Of a DNA stretch of 25,076 nucleotides, positions 10,242-19,302 are shown piece after piece. Source of the DNA: Microcoleaceae cyanobacterium (lineage in GTDB: Bacteria > Cyanobacteriota > Cyanobacteriia > Cyanobacteriales > Microcoleaceae). The notes under the pieces were generated by a model. That model was not told the DNA's origin. It searched no databases and saw only the letters and a program-made list of their open reading frames with translations. The stretch covers positions 1 through 25,076 of the forward strand of contig JBOFUV010000024.1 of assembly GCA_051652765.1 (NCBI GenBank). Reading direction: 5' to 3'. The stretch's first letter is position 1; each line of letters starts with the position of its first letter. Made by a program: the position numbers and the translations under genes.

Positions 10242-10454
10242 GAATTGTCTTCCCAACTCAGGGACAGAGAATAGGAAAGCCTTGCTTAGAGGGAAACAAA
10301 CCTTTATTTTTGATGAAAAAACATCTTCTCTCCAGAGGGTTCCACCAGTTTTTTTTGATAACAAAAAGTTATTAAATCAAATGATAGAAAAACTTTATCT
10401 TCTGAAGACTGGATTTTATCAACCGAATTTTGTTGAACAATGCACTCAATCTCA

Positions 10455-10910
10455 TCAACAGCCAAGCTGTCTACGAGCTTCAAACAAGCCCGCTGTAGCA
10501 CTAACAGAAAGATTGAGGCTTCGCACTCCAATTTCAGCCATGGGAATACGAACGATCACAGCACAAGCTTCCAGCACCTCCGCAGAGAGTCCCGTGGTCT
10601 CCCGCCCGAAGAGTAGCCAGTCCGTTGCCTGATAGCTAAGTTGCGTATAGCTCTGTTGACCTTTTGTACTGAATCCAATCCACCTTCCCTGATGATGTCT
10701 ACAGTATGCTTGAAACTGGTCTAGGGTGACATGAACCTTGAGTGGGACATAGGGCCAGTAGTCCAACCCAGCTCGCTTCAGCTCGCGATCGCTAATCTCG
10801 AACCCTAAAGGGCCAACTAAATGAAGCTCTGTTCGAGTTGCAGCACAGGTTCGGGCAATATTGCCTGCATTTGGAGGAATTTGAGGCTGAACTAGAACAA
10901 CACGAGGCAT
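10455..10910 (-). CDS. trmL: tRNA (cytidine(34)-2'-O)-methyltransferase, SPOUT family
   Basis: PQIPPNAGNIARTCA, LKRAGLDYW, FGRETTGL, IPM....RSLNLS. Confidence 0.95.
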   Translation of the reverse strand: MPRVVLVQPQIPPNAGNIARTCAATRTELHLVGPLGFEISDRELKRAGLDYWPYVPLKVHVTLDQFQAYCRHHQGRWIGFSTKGQQSYTQLSYQATDWLLFGRETTGLSAEVLEACAVIVRIPMAEIGVRSLNLSVSATAGLFEARRQLGC

Positions 10911-11081
10911 AAATTCAATCTAGTGCTGATGGCAGAATGTAATATTTCTAGTCAATATTCATAAGTTTTCTTTATATTCTCAGCTCACAAAAATTCATAA
11001 GATATTTAAAACTGTAAGCTTGCGAACTGTTTTTAGCTATTTTTGTGCTGGGTTGCGCTTTTGTACCGCATAAGTCAGGGG

Positions 11082-11113
11082 TAAGGAAAGAGTTAACTAA
11101 GGAAAGAGCTAAT
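11082..11113. repeat. 16-bp near-perfect tandem duplication TAAGGAAAGAG(T/C)TAA(C/T)
   Basis: Directly visible between gshA and trmL. Confidence 0.75.
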
Positions 11114-11199
11114 TGTTGCTGAGCCTTTAACGTTTTAGAACACGATTACTGCGTTCACTTCGTTGCTACCCCTCAAACTCCTCTAATCGCTTACCAGAT

Positions 11200-12354
11200 C
11201 TAAGCAACCAATGATTGACAGATTTTGTCCTCAAATTCTTGCTCTTGAGTTTCTGTCTCCAGAATGGCCTGTTGAATGACTTGACGTACAGTCCACCCGT
11301 CGTGATACTGCTTTAGCCACAACTGGGCCGTGTTGCCCTGATGGAGAAGGGTTTTGATTGGAGACAGGAAGCAGCTAAACCCTTGAGCTTTTGCAAAGGG
11401 CCAAACTTCCTGATACAGCGCTTCAATCCAATCCTGAGCAACAATTATTTGTCCATCTTGCCAATGTCGCAGTTGCGCCTCCAAACTATAGCGAGCAGCA
11501 GCAGCTTCGTTCTCGTCGGTGAGATGCACCAAATCTGCGGCCCGAGTCGTTGCTGAGAGGGTCGATTGTTCTAAGGGATCTAGCGCGGGTGGATGGTGCA
11601 GCAGTTGCCAAAGACGGGCTTCTAGCAACGCTGTAATGGCCAAGAGCATAACTGGGTTGACTACAAGGTCACAGATCCTCAACTCCACACGATTCAGATT
11701 GTAGGGACGGCGATCACCATTGGGTCGAACAGATGTCCAGAGGTGACGAATGTTCTGCATAGTACCCAGAACCAGTTGCTCCTCTGACCAGTCAATATAG
11801 TGACGATGACTCTCAAACAAAGGAACGTAGGCTGGAGTTTTTGGAAAAACTTGCCAACGGGAGGAATGACTGCCTGTGACTTCCCCATCGAGAAAGGGAG
11901 ATGCTGCACTGAGAGCCAGGTAAAGTGGAGCTTCAACCCGAACTAAACGGATTGCCCGCATCAGGAGTTCTGGATCACTGATGCCGATATTAATGTGTAT
12001 GCTAGCAGTCACAACCGTTGTGCCGTAGGTCTGCTCAATGTAATCATGATAGGGATTCTGCGGATCGGATCGATAGAACTGATTGCTACCTCCCAAAGAC
12101 AGAGTACTGCCAGGAATCAGAGTGTAATCTCCCAGGGATCTTAAATAGTGGCGGAGTTGTCTCCGAGGCTTCACCAAAGCACAGAGAAGACGTTCGTAGG
12201 AACACAGGGGAGCCGTCGTATATTCAACATTGCGATTGTCCGGTTCTCGCACAAAGCCCTCTAGGTTTGCCACAATCTGGTCGGAAAGTCCAACAATATC
12301 GCCTTGGGGCGTGCCTGTATAGATTTCAACTTCAAAGCCTTTTGAGAGTTGCAC
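11200..12354 (-). CDS. gshA: Glutamate--cysteine ligase, cyanobacterial type
   Basis: LSKGFEVE.YTG, REPD.RNVEYTT, ASIHINIG, HLW.SVRPNG.RRPY.LNR.ELRICD; GTG start. Confidence 0.93.
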   Translation of the reverse strand: MQLSKGFEVEIYTGTPQGDIVGLSDQIVANLEGFVREPDNRNVEYTTAPLCSYERLLCALVKPRRQLRHYLRSLGDYTLIPGSTLSLGGSNQFYRSDPQNPYHDYIEQTYGTTVVTASIHINIGISDPELLMRAIRLVRVEAPLYLALSAASPFLDGEVTGSHSSRWQVFPKTPAYVPLFESHRHYIDWSEEQLVLGTMQNIRHLWTSVRPNGDRRPYNLNRVELRICDLVVNPVMLLAITALLEARLWQLLHHPPALDPLEQSTLSATTRAADLVHLTDENEAAAARYSLEAQLRHWQDGQIIVAQDWIEALYQEVWPFAKAQGFSCFLSPIKTLLHQGNTAQLWLKQYHDGWTVRQVIQQAILETETQEQEFEDKICQSLVA

Positions 12355-12480
12355 GGGAGTCCCTCACTGGAATCAATTACTCACCTCAGAATTCAAGGTT
12401 AAACCCTATATTCTTAGGGATCATCCTATCACAGGTAGCTGGATCACACTATCAAGAATGGAACCTTCTGATCTAGTCCC

Positions 12481-13284
12481 TTACACGATAGATTCCAAAG
12501 CGTCTAATAGTATTCTGGCGGTTAACAGATTGGTTGTAAATAAAACGTTGTTCAAGTCGCAGAGCCGCGAGACTGCTTCTAAATGTCCAGGATTTAATGA
12601 AATTTCTAAAGGTTCTCGCAACGCAATCAAAACCTTTAAATTACCCAAAAGAATTTGACTCCCAATCGTCTCTGTTCCGCCAACTAAAGCTTGATCATTA
12701 ATAGGTTGATGAATCCTGATCTCAGCCTGTTGTCTCAAGACTTCAGCAACGATTGGCAAGGCGTAAAGGGGTCGTTGCGACAAAGGATTTGACCATAATT
12801 GAACCACTTCAGACAAATGAGAAATTTGAGTTTCATCTCCCAGTAACCCAATCCCATCACCGGTTCCCTGAATCCCTTGATGTTGTAGATCTTGAATTGC
12901 AGTTTGAGTAACATAATGAATCAATTTGACCGCAAGATAAGGTCGTCGTATTTTTAGTTTCTCGATATCATCAAAGGTCATAATAGCAATAGAACCATCA
13001 CTAGCTGCTATAAAATCGGCACTCCGTGGAGTAGAATGAACCAGAGCGATCTCTCCTAATAGATCCCCTGAAACTCGACTGAGATTTTCTAGATTTTCAT
13101 CTATGACGTTAACCTCTCCACTCAAAACAATTCCGAACGAAGTTGCTTGCTCTTTCTGAGGCATAATTTCTTGTAAGTCATAGAATCGATGGAGTGAAAT
13201 ATACTCGCTAACGATCTCAATTTCTTCAGTATAAAACTCTTTGAAGATCCCTAGATTCAGGAGAGGGTTTGGTTTTTGGATCAT
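12481..13284 (-). CDS. Cyclic nucleotide-binding domain fused to a degenerate methylglyoxal synthase-like domain
   Basis: cNMP: IVLSGEV, GDLLGEIAL....PRSAD. The C-terminal half aligns by eye to MgsA (GG...IG..I..G....LI.LREPL, RLCD..NV...TN..TA). Confidence 0.8.
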   Translation of the reverse strand: MIQKPNPLLNLGIFKEFYTEEIEIVSEYISLHRFYDLQEIMPQKEQATSFGIVLSGEVNVIDENLENLSRVSGDLLGEIALVHSTPRSADFIAASDGSIAIMTFDDIEKLKIRRPYLAVKLIHYVTQTAIQDLQHQGIQGTGDGIGLLGDETQISHLSEVVQLWSNPLSQRPLYALPIVAEVLRQQAEIRIHQPINDQALVGGTETIGSQILLGNLKVLIALREPLEISLNPGHLEAVSRLCDLNNVLFTTNLLTARILLDALESIV

Positions 13285-13621
13285 GAAATGGAGCCTCTAA
13301 AGGTTTTCTGAATTGGTTTCTAGATTGGCTTTACAGCACGTAATTTACAATAGAAATCTACAATGGAAACTTACAACAGCGAAGCATCATACCGTAGTTT
13401 TTGAATCAGTAAGGGACATCTTAGCCACTCAAGTTCCCATTTTCTAGACGTGAAGCGGCTTCTCGTTAGAGTCGGGAGATCTAGGGGAAGGCTCCGGATC
13501 TGATCTGAAGCGTGAACATGGAGTGGGCATCTATCCGCGCAGGCAGGATACTTGTACCACAGGCATCGCGTCAATCATGATGGATTGCCATAGCTTAACC
13601 CCAGATTTATTATAAAATCCG

Positions 13622-15514
13622 ATGAGTCTATCCTCTTTATCCCCGATTCAACCTCTCGCAGTGATCGCTACAACCTCTGAAGCAGCTCAACGACTTCATT
13701 CTCTCTGTCAGACGTTGAATACAACCCTTTACATTCCTGCATCTCTTGAGGCTCTGTCTAGTACTTTAGACCACACAACTTTTTACACCATGCCCCTGAA
13801 GCAACAGATCCAGGAACTCTGGGGCACCCATCGAGGATTCATTTTTGGTTTGGCGACGGGGGCAGTTGTTCGATTGATTGCCCCGCTGTTAGACCACAAA
13901 TCTTCCGATCCAGCCGTAGTTGTTGTGGATGAAGCGGGGAAATTTGTCATCAGTTTATGTGGTGGGCATCAGGGTGGTGCTGACCTACTGGCCCGCATTG
14001 TTGCCCGTTGCCTGGGGGCGACTCCAGTAATTACAGGAGCGGCATCAGCCCTGGGATTAACTGGAGTGGACATCTTGGGAACTCCCTTTGGTTGGCAGCG
14101 GGGCCCTGGAGACTGGACTATAGTGAGTGCCCTAGTGGCGCGGGGAGAGAGGATACAAGTGATTCAGGAAACAGGCTCAACTCTCTGGCAGTCTGCACTG
14201 CCTAAAACGCATTCTTTTCAGTTTAGTGTTCCTCAAAATTCTCAAGTACAGGGTCAAGCCCAGATTAGGATCGGTGCCAATCGCCCTGCTCAGAACTTCC
14301 CACTCCCCCAAGTGCACTGGCATCCCCGAGTTCTGTGGTTGGGGATTGGGTGTGAACGTCGTACCCCCGAAGTGTGGATTGAAGCAGCCATTCAACGCAC
14401 CTTGCAACACTTTGATCTAGCCCCAGAAGCGATCGCCGGAATTGCCACCCTGGACTTGAAAGCAGATGAAGCCGGACTGGTTGAACTATGCTGCCACCAC
14501 CATTGGCCATTGGTCACATTTTCTTCGGAAATTCTCAGTGCTATCTCGGTTCCCAATCCCTCAGCCATCGTTGAGCAAGAAGTCGGCACTCCCAGTGTGG
14601 CTGAAGCTGCCGCGTTGGCAGCAGCTCAAGTCAACACGCTCCTTGTGCCCAAACAAATCCATCGATTTGAGGCAGCCGAGCGTCAGGCCCAGTCTGAAGA
14701 ACGAACCGGTCAGGCTGTGACAGTGGCAATCGCCCAAGCTGAACAAGAGTACATCGGACGAACTGGGCAGCTTTTATTGATTGGAATTGGCCCTGGTCAA
14801 TTGGATCAGATGACTCCAGCCGCCCAAGCTGCGCTGACTACAGCAGATGTTGTGATTGGTTACTCCCTTTACTTAGATTTAATTGCACCGCTCCAACGTC
14901 CAGGACAAATTGTCGAAGCGTTTCCGATTACCCAAGAGTGCCAACGCGCAGAACGAGCGATTACCCTGGCAACCTGGGGCCTAACAGTTGCAGTCGTCTC
15001 TTCCGGGGACTGCGGAATTTATGGCATGGCTGGGCTGGTGTTGGAGACCCTGCAAGTACAGGGCTGGGACGGCATCACCCCAGAGGTGCAAATATTCCCT
15101 GGTATTAGTGCAATACAAGCAGCCGCAGCACGGGTTGGGGCTCCTCTTATGCATGACTTTTGCACCATCAGTTTGAGCGACTTACTGACCCCTTGGGCTG
15201 TGATTGAGCAACGGTTGAAGGCAGCCGCTATGGCCGACTTGACCTGTGGGATCTATAACCCGCGATCGCAAAACCGCATAGAACACCTGCTCAAAGCCCA
15301 AGCCATCTTTCTACAGTATCGTTCCCCTCAAATTCCTGTTGCGATTGTTCGCTCAGCCTATCGTCAAGAGGAAGAAATCACGTTAACAACCCTGGAAAGA
15401 ATGGATCAAGTCCCTGTTGATATGTTGACAATCGTTTTAATTGGCAACCAAAGTACAGTTTTCTATAAAAACTGGATGATTACGCCAAGGGGATACAGGG
15501 TGGGAATAGACTAA
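13622..15514 (+). CDS. cobJ: CbiG-CobJ/CbiH fusion: cobalt-precorrin-5A hydrolase / precorrin-3B C17-methyltransferase
   Basis: CbiG motifs GAVVRLIAP..DPAVVVVD, GGH.GGA, LGIGCER, PSVAEAAAL; methylase motifs GIGPG, VSSGDCGIYGMAG, GAPLMHDFC.ISLSDLLTPW, YNPRS, MITPRGY. Confidence 0.94.
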   Translation: MSLSSLSPIQPLAVIATTSEAAQRLHSLCQTLNTTLYIPASLEALSSTLDHTTFYTMPLKQQIQELWGTHRGFIFGLATGAVVRLIAPLLDHKSSDPAVVVVDEAGKFVISLCGGHQGGADLLARIVARCLGATPVITGAASALGLTGVDILGTPFGWQRGPGDWTIVSALVARGERIQVIQETGSTLWQSALPKTHSFQFSVPQNSQVQGQAQIRIGANRPAQNFPLPQVHWHPRVLWLGIGCERRTPEVWIEAAIQRTLQHFDLAPEAIAGIATLDLKADEAGLVELCCHHHWPLVTFSSEILSAISVPNPSAIVEQEVGTPSVAEAAALAAAQVNTLLVPKQIHRFEAAERQAQSEERTGQAVTVAIAQAEQEYIGRTGQLLLIGIGPGQLDQMTPAAQAALTTADVVIGYSLYLDLIAPLQRPGQIVEAFPITQECQRAERAITLATWGLTVAVVSSGDCGIYGMAGLVLETLQVQGWDGITPEVQIFPGISAIQAAAARVGAPLMHDFCTISLSDLLTPWAVIEQRLKAAAMADLTCGIYNPRSQNRIEHLLKAQAIFLQYRSPQIPVAIVRSAYRQEEEITLTTLERMDQVPVDMLTIVLIGNQSTVFYKNWMITPRGYRVGID

Positions 15515-15558
15515 AAATTGAATTAGATTAAGTTCAATCTAACTTAACCTGGTTTAGT

Positions 15559-15954
15559 CTAATCCTCAGACTCGGAAATTCCCTTCGAGACATCTCCCGT
15601 AGATATATCAAGCTCAGAAACATTTGGGTCTGAACCCTCAGGGTCACAGAGATCCAGCAACTGTTCAAACTGATATTTTGACCAGGACTCAGTCGAATAG
15701 GCAACTGCCATAATTTCTGAAATCTTAATCAGCCAGACTGTCCGTTCATAAGCCTGATCTCGCTTACTAGTCCGACTCTCAGGGACATAGAAGTTGACCA
15801 GCTCTAAAAAACCCTCATCAAGGTTGGCAGGGATACCACAAAAACTACCGTTAGCAACAACAACCTCGACCTCACTGCCATGTTGCAGAGCTTCCTCCAA
15901 ACGTTGGTACAGCAAACTAGACTTAGAACCTGAACTTCCTGTAGAGGGATTCAT
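15559..15954 (-). CDS. Hypothetical protein with a small beta-rich (possibly Sm-like) core and acidic tail
   Basis: ORF 15559-16023; ATG at 15954 preferred. Pattern helix-G.EVEVVV.NGSF.G.....DEGFLEL...WLIKISEIMAV. Confidence 0.65.
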   Translation of the reverse strand: MNPSTGSSGSKSSLLYQRLEEALQHGSEVEVVVANGSFCGIPANLDEGFLELVNFYVPESRTSKRDQAYERTVWLIKISEIMAVAYSTESWSKYQFEQLLDLCDPEGSDPNVSELDISTGDVSKGISESED

Positions 15955-16072
15955 TTCTTTGTTAGTAATCACTGAGTAAAAGGTATAAGTGTGTAGTAAT
16001 CGTAATACACAGACTAACACCAATAGTCTGCTAGATCAATCTACATGACTAGATAGTGGAGGATGTTATCCA

Positions 16073-16101
16073 TTGACAAGTTTATATTCCTCTAATATCA
16101 T
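16073..16101 (+). promoter_or_regulatory. Sigma70-type promoter of tRNA-Gly
   Basis: TTGACA (16073-16078), 17-bp spacer, TATCAT (16096-16101), 18 nt upstream of the tRNA. Confidence 0.7.
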
Positions 16102-16119
16102 AGTAAAGATATAGCAAGT

Positions 16120-16191
16120 GCGGGCATAGCTCAGTGGTAGAGCGTCACCTTGCCAAGGTGAATGTCGCGCGTTCGAATCGCGTTGCCCGCT
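16120..16191 (+). tRNA. tRNA-Gly (GCC); CCA not encoded
   Basis: GCGGGCATAGCTCAGTGGTAGAGCGTCACCTTGCCAAGGTGAATGTCGCGCGTTCGAATCGCGTTGCCCGCT cloverleaf with anticodon loop TTGCCAA. Confidence 0.97.
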
Positions 16192-16320
16192 TAGATTTTA
16201 CAAGCCTTAAAAGTTTAGCTTCATAGATTTTCTCGAGATGTTGATTCAGATCAGAGATAGTTACCCTGGATGCTTGAGTCGAGCAGCAGCCCGAACTCAT
16301 AAGACTCCAGAAGTTGTTTT

Positions 16321-19146
16321 TCATTCCTGAGTGAGTTGACGTCGGTTGAGCTGATTTTGTTTTCCGTAGCGCAATAACATTTCTACGCTAGCCAGACGGT
16401 TTTCCCAGCTTTCTACCTGGTAAGCTTGCTCTAAAGCTTGTAGCCGCATGGAGCTGCGGAACTGAGTTTTAAGCCGCTCAAGGGCCTGCTCTGCACTGTT
16501 AAGCGTTTGAGCTGACGGGTTAGCCGCCAACTGATTGAGAGCCTGAGCCAGTTCTTCTGACTTCCCACTGAGGGCTTGGAGTTCTGGTTGACGAATCCAG
16601 AGTTGATTGTTGGCCAAGAGAAAACTCCACTCCCGCTTGAGGGCAAGATACCGTTCTGCTGCGGCTGCAAAGGGTTGGCGATAGGGAAGAATTGAGTTGC
16701 AATTGCGCTGCGAACAGCCCTGAGTCCTTTGGAAAAAGCTCTGCAAGCCACCATTAATGGTTTCAGCGGCAAAGATTGAATATCCCCCGGTTGGCAAATC
16801 TCGCAACGCCTGAATTTGGTCAATGGCCACAATCTCTGGCAGATTGAGTAACTTGACTGAGGGAATAATCAAAGTCGCTCCCAAACGATTTTCCTGGGCC
16901 AAGGGTTGGGTAATCCGCTGCAAACGATTGGTATCCAGGGAGTAGGTCATGGGCACAATTAAATCCACCAGGTTAAGGCTTGCCCAAGTTTCCCAATGTT
17001 GCTGAATTTTATAAATCCGCTCTTGTTCTGGATGGGGAAAGACCGCAACGGAGAGAATTAGCTCAGGATGTTGCTGCCGCAAGAGCTGAGAAAATTGAGT
17101 CACAAACTGGTCAATTTGCTGCACCCGGAAGTCTGTCCATTGCCTCCAATGGGTTGCATCTCTGGGGGTAATTTGCATCGGGTCAACGCCCGCTAACCGG
17201 CGGAACTGCTCCCGCGCAGCCTTGCCGTAGCCAAAGGTGAAGTTGCGACTCGCATCTTGAAAGGGATAGCGGATATAGTCTAGCTGAATCCCATCAACAT
17301 CGTAGTTTTGAGCAATTTCTCCAATCAGCCGTAGCAAATAGGCCCGCACTTCGGGATTAGCCGGATCGAGATAAGCCTTTTGATCTCGCTCATGCCAGAT
17401 GCGGCCCTGGTTATCTAAGTTGGCCCAGTCTGGATGGGCCGTTAAAACAGGCCCCAAGTAACTCGTTGGTTGGCCAACAACGGTATTATGGCGCTGATTG
17501 GCTGTCGCAAACGTCCAGACCCAAGCGTGCAACTCCATGCCGCGTTCATGGGCAAGTTTGACAGCGGCAGCTAATGGGTCCCACCCGGCGGTCAAAGGGT
17601 TTTGTTGGGGAGCAACTCGACTGGGGTAAATCGGATAACCTGCATTTACAGATTCAAAAAAGACGGTGTTAATTCCTGCATTGGCCAACCGATCAAAGAC
17701 TTGGGCCAGCCCTGCTTCATTCCGTGAGCGCACAATCGTACCCCGATCTAGCCACACCGCTCGAATTTCCGATCCAGCCCGCTCTCCCTCAACAGGGTAG
17801 TTTTCCCAAAGTTGCTTACGAGCAGCCAACCAAATCCGCCGAGCTTCCCCCCAGTTTTGTTGATTGACCAACTGAGGGAAGTCTTTGAGTACCGTGCGGG
17901 CAGACTCAATCGTTGTCAACGCTGTTTTGACAGACGCTGAACGGTCTGCCACACCACTGCCAGACCGAGAAGCAACCAGTTGGGTCTCGGTTGTTGCTAG
18001 TTTGATTGGAGTCTGACTTGAACTGGAGGCGACCAAGGCATTTTCAAATCGCCCCAGAAGATTGGCCAACTCTTGACGCATGGTGATTGCCATGCCATCA
18101 CTAATTGGTTCGTTCCCTGGCTTGACCTCTAATCCTGCCGGTGCTGACTGCTCTGAGGGATCAACAAAAGTTGCGGGTACAGGAGCATCCGTTGGAGAAA
18201 CATAGGCTGTTGTTGAAGGTCGGGCCCCAGGACGGCTAGGGTTGGTCTGGGAAGAAGATGAGGGATTGGGAACCGTAGAAAACCTCACTGGATTCGATGC
18301 AGTTGACCCAGGGCGCTGAGTCGGCTGAGGAGTAGGCGTTTCAAATGTAGAAGACAATTCAGCCGCAGAAGACATTCTGGGTGAGGGTCTCACAATTCCC
18401 GGAGAGCTCTGAGCTGTAGAGGGATTCTCCTGACCCTGAACCCGATCGACGGCTGCTTTTAACCACACAGCGTCTAGATCTGGAGCACTACTGCTGCCCC
18501 AGCGCCAACCCAAATAGACCGCTTCCTGGGTGGCCGTCACAGCAGGGGAACCACCGCTGCCGTCCCACGTTCCTGCAGTATAGCTATCTAGACGAGAAGG
18601 AATTAAAACCCCCCCTTGAACCGTGCCAGAGGACTCAATCAAAGGTGACCACTCTGTCAGATCTTGACAAATTTGCTCTCGGCAGCGATTCCGTCGAGCT
18701 TTAGGTTGAGCTGGCGCGGTGAGGGGAAATGCCCAGTAGGAACCTAGAATAGAGCGCAGCAATTGCCGAGCTAGGGGTGTTGATTTCTGACCTACAGGCC
18801 CACTCGCAATTAACTTGCCTCCCTGTTCTACCCACTGCTGAATCACTTTAACCTGTTCAGTCTTGAGGGCTTCTATGTTAGGCAAGAACAGTACTTGAAC
18901 CCCGTTCAGATCGGCAACACTACTGAGGGTGTCTAGATTAACCACCGTGTAAGAAATGCGACTGGCTTGCAGACGCTGCTCAACTTGGCTCCAATCTGTG
19001 GCAACACTAGACCGAGCCACCCCTAACATTGCCCCTGCCATCACGGGCCAGGGACGTAACACGCAAAGATTGGCTAGAAGACCGAGACCAACTAGTGTTC
19101 CTGCAAGAATTTGTCTAAAGACGGGCCTCAAGTACTTTTGAGTCAT
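16321..19146 (-). CDS. Family 10 glycosyl hydrolase-like protein (GHL10/DUF187) with an N-terminal class-I GAT-like domain and P/S-rich linker
   Basis: EIRAVWLD, GINTVFFE....GYPIYPS, DPLA.AV..AH.RGMELHAW, LDPANPEVR, YDVDGIQLDYIRYP, PMTY; N-terminal signal or TM segment. Confidence 0.9.
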   Translation of the reverse strand: MTQKYLRPVFRQILAGTLVGLGLLANLCVLRPWPVMAGAMLGVARSSVATDWSQVEQRLQASRISYTVVNLDTLSSVADLNGVQVLFLPNIEALKTEQVKVIQQWVEQGGKLIASGPVGQKSTPLARQLLRSILGSYWAFPLTAPAQPKARRNRCREQICQDLTEWSPLIESSGTVQGGVLIPSRLDSYTAGTWDGSGGSPAVTATQEAVYLGWRWGSSSAPDLDAVWLKAAVDRVQGQENPSTAQSSPGIVRPSPRMSSAAELSSTFETPTPQPTQRPGSTASNPVRFSTVPNPSSSSQTNPSRPGARPSTTAYVSPTDAPVPATFVDPSEQSAPAGLEVKPGNEPISDGMAITMRQELANLLGRFENALVASSSSQTPIKLATTETQLVASRSGSGVADRSASVKTALTTIESARTVLKDFPQLVNQQNWGEARRIWLAARKQLWENYPVEGERAGSEIRAVWLDRGTIVRSRNEAGLAQVFDRLANAGINTVFFESVNAGYPIYPSRVAPQQNPLTAGWDPLAAAVKLAHERGMELHAWVWTFATANQRHNTVVGQPTSYLGPVLTAHPDWANLDNQGRIWHERDQKAYLDPANPEVRAYLLRLIGEIAQNYDVDGIQLDYIRYPFQDASRNFTFGYGKAAREQFRRLAGVDPMQITPRDATHWRQWTDFRVQQIDQFVTQFSQLLRQQHPELILSVAVFPHPEQERIYKIQQHWETWASLNLVDLIVPMTYSLDTNRLQRITQPLAQENRLGATLIIPSVKLLNLPEIVAIDQIQALRDLPTGGYSIFAAETINGGLQSFFQRTQGCSQRNCNSILPYRQPFAAAAERYLALKREWSFLLANNQLWIRQPELQALSGKSEELAQALNQLAANPSAQTLNSAEQALERLKTQFRSSMRLQALEQAYQVESWENRLASVEMLLRYGKQNQLNRRQLTQE

Positions 19147-19302
19147 TTAACTTGATTTTAGAATCAATATAGATTGCTGTAACAATGTTCCCTAGGAAAT
19201 TTCAGAGAAAAAACCAAAGAAGCTTGATGCTTGAGAAACCTTAAAACTTTGCACCCTGAAACTTGAAGAGCCCAATGCGAGACTCCTCAAGAGGCTGACA
19301 GG

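Noticed and set aside
10240..10632. ORFs 10240-10632 (+) and 10304-10531 (-)
   Set aside because: They overlap trmL, have weak starts and show no recognisable motifs.
13400..13620. Cobalamin riboswitch upstream of cbiG-cobJ
   Set aside because: GCCACT and GGGAAGG words occur, but the GGGAA..GGTG.AA.TCC, C.GCAACTGT and AG.CAG.A.ACC elements are missing.
14008..15176. Multiple short alternative-frame or antisense ORFs inside cbiG-cobJ (likewise inside selO, SDR, M23, gshA, GHL10, the ATPase and lpxC)
   Set aside because: Shadow ORFs wholly within well-supported genes, with no protein-like features.
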